In this document: piece after piece, positions 59,176 through 64,000 of the stretch
How positions within the stretch are numbered: position 1 is the stretch's first letter
Layout: the number at the start of each line of letters is the position of its first letter
From: Candidatus Cloacimonadales bacterium
GTDB lineage: Bacteria; Cloacimonadota; Cloacimonadia; Cloacimonadales; JAFGVF01
Assembly: GCA_963678315.1 (NCBI GenBank)
Contig: OY782781.1
Location: 2,464,001-2,528,000, forward strand
Length of the DNA: 64,000 nucleotides
Direction: 5' to 3'
Made by a program: the position numbers and the translations under genes
The notes under the pieces: model-generated
Told to the model about the DNA's origin: nothing
Seen by the model: the letters and a program-made list of their open reading frames with translations, nothing else
The model's database searches: none

Positions 59176-60061
59176 TCGGTTCCTCCTTAAACACAGGAAT
59201 ATCTGAGATGAGTTCAGCTCTCTTCAAATCCCCGTTTATATTAATTATTCTATTATATACATTTATTATTAAATTATCTGGTGTTGAAGCACCAGCTGTT
59301 ATACCTATACTTTTCTTACTTTCAATCCATGATTCATCTATTTCATCAGCAACTTCAATATGATATGTTTCACAATATTCACTAGAAATCTTAGCTAACA
59401 TCTTTGTATTAGAGCTCATCATTCCACCAACAACTATCATCAAGTCGCTGTTTTTTGCAAGTTCCCTAGTTGAATTCTGTCTAACAGTAGTGGCATAGCA
59501 TATAGTATTTACTATCCTTAGCTCATAACTTTGTTTCAACAATTTAGCTACAATTGATTCAAACTTATTATAAGTTTGAGTTGTCTGAGATAATAAAGCT
59601 ACTTTTTTAAATCTTTTGTTAGGAATTTCTTCAGCATCAATAACAACTAAATGATTTCCTTCTATATAAGAACATACTGCTTTTACTTCTGGGTGATTCT
59701 TATCACCTAATATAACAACAAAATATCCTTCCTTTGAAAGATTGTTCCCATGTCTTTGCAAATCATAGACATTAGGACAGGTAGCATCAATTAAATTAGC
59801 ACCATTATCTTTTAAGAATTCAAGTTTCTCTTTTGATAGTCCATGAGATCTGATTATAGCAGACTTATCTTTAATTATCTCTAAATCTTTTGTAGAATAG
59901 ACATTTAAATCTTCTAACTGTGCCACAACTTGAGGATTATGAATGATAGGTCCGATAGTATATATTTTCTCAGAAGACTTCTTTCCAGCTTCTCTAGCAA
60001 TGTTTATTGCCCTTTTTACGCCGAAACAAAATCCTGAGTTTTTAGCTAACCTAACTCTCAT
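59165..60061 (-). CDS. ispH: 4-hydroxy-3-methylbut-2-enyl diphosphate reductase
   Basis: GFCFGVKRA, IIHNP, DATCP, SQTT, TICYAT..RQ, SSNT, TAGASTP. Confidence 0.96.
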   Translation of the reverse strand: MRVRLAKNSGFCFGVKRAINIAREAGKKSSEKIYTIGPIIHNPQVVAQLEDLNVYSTKDLEIIKDKSAIIRSHGLSKEKLEFLKDNGANLIDATCPNVYDLQRHGNNLSKEGYFVVILGDKNHPEVKAVCSYIEGNHLVVIDAEEIPNKRFKKVALLSQTTQTYNKFESIVAKLLKQSYELRIVNTICYATTVRQNSTRELAKNSDLMIVVGGMMSSNTKMLAKISSEYCETYHIEVADEIDESWIESKKSIGITAGASTPDNLIINVYNRIININGDLKRAELISDIPVFKEEPNEL

Positions 60062-60653
60062 TTTTTAATCCTTTAATTATTTCTAATATCTCATTGGAAA
60101 ACTGTCTATAAGAACTCTTTTCTAATGGTAAGTTCTCATAATAAGAAGGTTCAATTGGTTTCCCAAATACTATCTTCAATCTTTTTATCCTAAACAAGCA
60201 TTGAAAAATATGATTACTATTTTCAACATAAACAGGCAATATCCTCGACTTTGTATTCAAAGCCAACAATCCAATACCTGGTTTTGCTGTAAAATTCTTT
60301 CTAGAACCTTCTGGAAATATCAAGATAGACTCATCTTTATTAAGAATTTCATTAACACTTTTGATAGCTCGTTTATCAACAACACCTCTTTTAACAGGTA
60401 TAGCATTAAAGGAAGAAATAAGCCATCCAAATGGCCTGAATTTAAACAGTTCTTCCTTTGCTAAGAAATGTATAGGTGTTGGAATGAAACTACCAACCAC
60501 TGGCGGATCAAAGTTCGATATGTGATTACTTGCTATTATGCACCTAGATTTAGACACTTTCTCATAATCACACAAGGCTACAACTTTAGCCCCTAATATA
60601 TACTTTACTTTTATATTTATTAACTTTCTAAAAATCTTATAAGCTAAACCCAA
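60051..60653 (-). CDS. plsC: 1-acyl-sn-glycerol-3-phosphate acyltransferase
   Basis: NHISNFDP, FLAKEELF, IFPEGSR. Confidence 0.9.
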   Translation of the reverse strand: MGLAYKIFRKLINIKVKYILGAKVVALCDYEKVSKSRCIIASNHISNFDPPVVGSFIPTPIHFLAKEELFKFRPFGWLISSFNAIPVKRGVVDKRAIKSVNEILNKDESILIFPEGSRKNFTAKPGIGLLALNTKSRILPVYVENSNHIFQCLFRIKRLKIVFGKPIEPSYYENLPLEKSSYRQFSNEILEIIKGLKNES

Positions 60654-61334
60654 CTACTCTCCTATTATTAGTAAAATCTTCTCAACTTGCTTTTCAATTG
60701 TTAAATAAGAAGAATCTACTTCTAAAGCATCATCAGCTTTCTTTAGTGGAGCTATCTCTCTGTTAGAATCATTATAGTCTCTTTCAAGAAGTTCCAAAGT
60801 TACTTGTTCTAATGTCTTCTCAGAACCTTTAGCTTTTTCTTCCAACCATCTTCTTCTAGCTCTCACCTTTACATCAGCGACCATAAATATTTTATAATCA
60901 GCATCAGGAAAAACCACAGTTCCTATGTCCCTACCATCCATTACCACACGACCATTCTTACCAAGTTGACGTTGAAGTCTTGTCATTTCTTGTCTAACAA
61001 CTGGCCTAGCAGAAATATCAGAGGCAAGTTTACCTACATGAGGTTCTCTGATTGCTTTACTTACATCTTCCCCATTGAGGAAAATCTTGTTCCCATTTTC
61101 ACTATATTTAATTTCGATGTTGATTTCTTTCATCATAATTGATAGTTTTTCATCATCCTGTATAGAAATACCTAGCTTTTCAGCTAATAAACCACATGCA
61201 CGATACATAGCTCCAGTATCAATATAGACATATTCTAATTCTTTAGCTAAAGCCTTTGCTGTAGTACTTTTACCTGATGCTGCAGGACCATCAATTGCGA
61301 TTATATAATTACTACTTTTTATATTTTTTCTCAT
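60654..61334 (-). CDS. cmk: Cytidylate kinase
   Basis: IAIDGPAASGKST, DTGAMYR, DGRDIGTVVFPDA, RDYND..R..APL; probable start ATG at 61334. Confidence 0.96.
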   Translation of the reverse strand: MRKNIKSSNYIIAIDGPAASGKSTTAKALAKELEYVYIDTGAMYRACGLLAEKLGISIQDDEKLSIMMKEINIEIKYSENGNKIFLNGEDVSKAIREPHVGKLASDISARPVVRQEMTRLQRQLGKNGRVVMDGRDIGTVVFPDADYKIFMVADVKVRARRRWLEEKAKGSEKTLEQVTLELLERDYNDSNREIAPLKKADDALEVDSSYLTIEKQVEKILLIIGE

Positions 61335-61502
61335 AATAACCGAAAATGTCTTTTTTCTAAAATAAGTCAATCTATTTTTTTCTAAAGTTCGTTTAAATTA
61401 TTGTCTTACTTTTTTTTCAATAAAAATTCAGCATGTTTTGCCTATAATTATGTTTCTTTGTTTGGTGTTATTAGTTCCATTCATGGATAGTTCTCTTATT
61501 TG

Positions 61503-61647
61503 GTATTTAGTCCCCAAGGGACGTCATAATGTATTAATCCCAAACGGATGTTATGTATTAGTCCTAAAAGGACGTCATGTACTAGCATGGGGTCTTGCAC
61601 CCCATGTCAAAGACACAAATGAATAGAGTCCTGAAGGGACGACATAA
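61503..61647. repeat. REP-like composite palindromic element, family A (inverted, internally expanded)
   Basis: Reverse complement of 8029-8123 with three tandem 24-28 bp subunits (GTATT..GTCC....GGACGTCAT) before CATGGGGTCTTGCACCCCATG. Confidence 0.82.
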
Positions 61648-61743
61648 ACTTTTAGTCCAGCTCATACAAATAGAAGGCTGATAACCAAGATAAAATGAGT
61701 TAGATACAGACATCTTGTCTGCTATTACAAGCTAGAAGAGTCC

Positions 61744-63936
61744 CTATTTCATTAACATCATTTTGCTTACTTCAGATTTACTAGCAACTTTTAACTTATA
61801 GAAGTAGATGCCTGAAGCAACATTAGCATTGTTAGAATTTTTACCATCCCAAGAATAATTGTGATAGCCTTTATCAAACTTGCCTTTGTAGATAGTCTTA
61901 ACTCTCTGCCCTTTTATGTTGAAAATTGCTAGTTCACCTTGACCAGCTACCGGAACAACAAACGAAATTTGAGTTCGACTGCTACCCTTAGATAATGAGT
62001 TAACAGGATTAAAAGGATTTGGATAGCTTTTCAAACCAAAAGAAGAACTTGTAGCTGGAATGGTTTCATTATCGGAGTTAGCAACAATTGTTCTTGATAA
62101 TGGAATATTCAAAACTAGCTCCTCTCCTTCAGTAACTGTTATATCTGGAATAATTAATTCTTCATAATCCCAGCGACTAACTACTACTGAATAAACACCA
62201 GCTCCACAAGGATAAATGTAGTTACCTAGTGAATCAGAAAATTCTGGTAGTTTATTCAATATCTGTATTTTAGCACAATCTACAGCTTGTCCTGAATGAG
62301 CATCATAAACATTCCCTACCAAACCACCTATATATACAGAATTATATTCATAAGCTCCTATATCTACAGTTCCATTTTCTGATTCTATTCTCTTATGATA
62401 TCTTATATCAAAATCTGGTAAACCCTCGATATTTAAACCTGCATCTATTGCTGGGGATTCAGGAGACAAAGTGTAGTCAGAACTTAATGTATCTGCAAAA
62501 AGTGGATCAGCATAGAGATGATTCTCTACATAGTAGTATTCTGAGTTCTCTGGAAATGGATTTATGCAACAATTGTTGATATACTCAGTTACATAAGGAT
62601 AGTTAATCCCATATCCATTTTCAATACCAATAATATTGTTTGTATAAACAGGGAGACAATCTCCAGAATTCAACTGAAAACTACTATAATTAACAAAAGT
62701 ATTATTATAGATTAATGGTGAACTATCATTAACATGCAGAGCTGAAACATTTTCATTTAAATTCTTATAGTCTACTAAATTATTATAGAAATAAATTTCA
62801 CCACCCGGAAACTCCCCTGTTGCTTCTTCAAATTCCAGTGTCGGAAAAGTTGGCCGGGTACTCTCTATAATATTATTATATACATAGAACTTATTTCCTT
62901 CTCTTGCCGACATTCTAACCTTAGTATTACCTATTAAATAGTTATCTGATACATAGTTTGTTCCAAACCCAACTGCTCCAATAGCTAATATATTATTATT
63001 GCTAATTGATTCTAGTTTATTTCTCCGTGCAAAAATGACATCTGTTGAGTCAGCTGAGAAGCCACTCAAACCTTTATTGCCATTGTAGGCATAATTACCA
63101 TAAGTAGATATTGAAGCATAATTATAATCTCGTAAAGGTTCATTTATTACTCGTCCATCAAAGTTGTCATAAAAGTTGTAGAGAAACAAAACCTTTTCAT
63201 CCCCTCTAAGGTTTACTAAACCTGAGTGCCCTGTAAAGTAACAACTAGCTATTGTTACCTCATAGTCTCTTAGAGGTGGATTTTCTTCTGACGTACCTAT
63301 AGTTAAGGCTTTTGAAGCGGAAAAATGAGGTAAGTAAATGTAACCTGTATCAAAAGAACACTTATAAATCACTAAATCCATACTAAGGTTTCCCGTACTT
63401 AATGCTATGTAATTATCTGTGAATGAACAATGACTAATATCTATTATCCCATTATCTAGTTCAAGAACTGCGAATGCCCGTTTATATTGTTCATAATCAC
63501 ATACAAAGCTATTATTTAAAACACAATGTTTGAAAGTTGACATAGGAGCATTTTCGGTAAAATATATCCCTCCCCACTTATAATCTTCATCTTCTTCATA
63601 TTTATCAAATGTTATTGGATTTTCAAGACTACCTACAGCAATTATTGTTCCATCAACAATAATCTTCTTAGCATAAGGTTCTCCAGCGTTTGTCGGTCCA
63701 CTCCATTCAAAATCACCACTGCAATTAATGTCAGCACCATAGGCTAAAATCTCAGTTCCCGGAAGAATAGTTAAAGTAACATCGCTATCAACATAAAGAA
63801 AGGATGTTATAATATAAGGATTGTTCTCAGCTGACCATATAGTATCTTCAGTAAGATGACCACCTACTTCTATTGCAAAAATACCAAAAACCAAGAACAT
63901 ATAAGACAAAATCAGTATATTTTTCTTCATTTTCAC
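61744..63936 (-). CDS. Secreted beta-helix protein with carboxypeptidase-regulatory-like and C-terminal sorting domains
   Basis: Signal peptide; 'VGGHLTEDTIW...PYII...VTLTILPG'; 'SPAIDAG...VDIGAYEY'; 'SYPNPFNP...FNIKGQ...SGIYFY'. Confidence 0.82.
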   Translation of the reverse strand: MKMKKNILILSYMFLVFGIFAIEVGGHLTEDTIWSAENNPYIITSFLYVDSDVTLTILPGTEILAYGADINCSGDFEWSGPTNAGEPYAKKIIVDGTIIAVGSLENPITFDKYEEDEDYKWGGIYFTENAPMSTFKHCVLNNSFVCDYEQYKRAFAVLELDNGIIDISHCSFTDNYIALSTGNLSMDLVIYKCSFDTGYIYLPHFSASKALTIGTSEENPPLRDYEVTIASCYFTGHSGLVNLRGDEKVLFLYNFYDNFDGRVINEPLRDYNYASISTYGNYAYNGNKGLSGFSADSTDVIFARRNKLESISNNNILAIGAVGFGTNYVSDNYLIGNTKVRMSAREGNKFYVYNNIIESTRPTFPTLEFEEATGEFPGGEIYFYNNLVDYKNLNENVSALHVNDSSPLIYNNTFVNYSSFQLNSGDCLPVYTNNIIGIENGYGINYPYVTEYINNCCINPFPENSEYYYVENHLYADPLFADTLSSDYTLSPESPAIDAGLNIEGLPDFDIRYHKRIESENGTVDIGAYEYNSVYIGGLVGNVYDAHSGQAVDCAKIQILNKLPEFSDSLGNYIYPCGAGVYSVVVSRWDYEELIIPDITVTEGEELVLNIPLSRTIVANSDNETIPATSSSFGLKSYPNPFNPVNSLSKGSSRTQISFVVPVAGQGELAIFNIKGQRVKTIYKGKFDKGYHNYSWDGKNSNNANVASGIYFYKLKVASKSEVSKMMLMK

Positions 63937-63948
63937 TCCTTAAATCCT

Positions 63949-63975
63949 AGGGCTTCGACTATCCGAAGCCCTTTT
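63949..63975. terminator. Hairpin just upstream of the last gene, possibly the terminator of a neighbouring unit
   Basis: AGGGCTTCG-ACTATC-CGAAGCCCT followed by TTTT. Confidence 0.5.
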
Positions 63976-64000
63976 ATGTTCATACTATTTCATTAACATC

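Noticed and set aside
5808..60464. Numerous short antisense or nested ORFs in the track (for example 5808, 16114, 19420, 24597, 32526, 46009, 57170, 60201)
   Set aside because: They are shadow frames of well-supported genes and have no independent motifs.
61438..61626. 62-aa ORF with repeated VPKGRH-like peptides
   Set aside because: It is the translation of repeat family A subunits.

Overview
AT-rich bacterial chromosomal window with most genes on the minus strand. The host is most likely Candidatus Cloacimonadota or a related FCB lineage. This is inferred from four large secreted proteins that end in a NYPNPFNP...YNIKGQ...SGxYxY FlgD-Ig/T9SS-type sorting domain. The backbone is housekeeping: rsmI, kbl, pdxJ, pgsA, nadA, dut, ispA, xseB, ftsY, birA, queA, coaBC, tpx, malQ, rpmH-rnpA-yidD-yidC-jag, plsY, yggS, hup plus bS22-like, and cmk-plsC-ispH-rpsA. 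The most notable element is a complete-length group II intron (41193-43086). It starts with a non-canonical GUACG, and its RT/maturase frame is broken by two in-frame TGA codons. It sits exactly 4 nt 3' of a REP-like hairpin inside a tandemly duplicated mosaic of palindromic repeats, and removing it restores the repeat. Several other REP-like palindrome families form intergenic islands near 7.7-8.2, 22.4, 40.6-43.2, 48.2-48.4 and 61.5-61.7 kb. Other points of interest: an EIIA + PII-like + twin cation:H+ antiporter operon, an arginine synthetase (ArcE)-like gene next to carbamate kinase, tandem cohesin/dockerin-bearing secreted proteins, two convergent secreted-protein genes sharing an identical 51-bp 3' end, and a degenerate FtsE/FtsX-like pair. 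All calls come from motif recognition by eye; no database searches were run.
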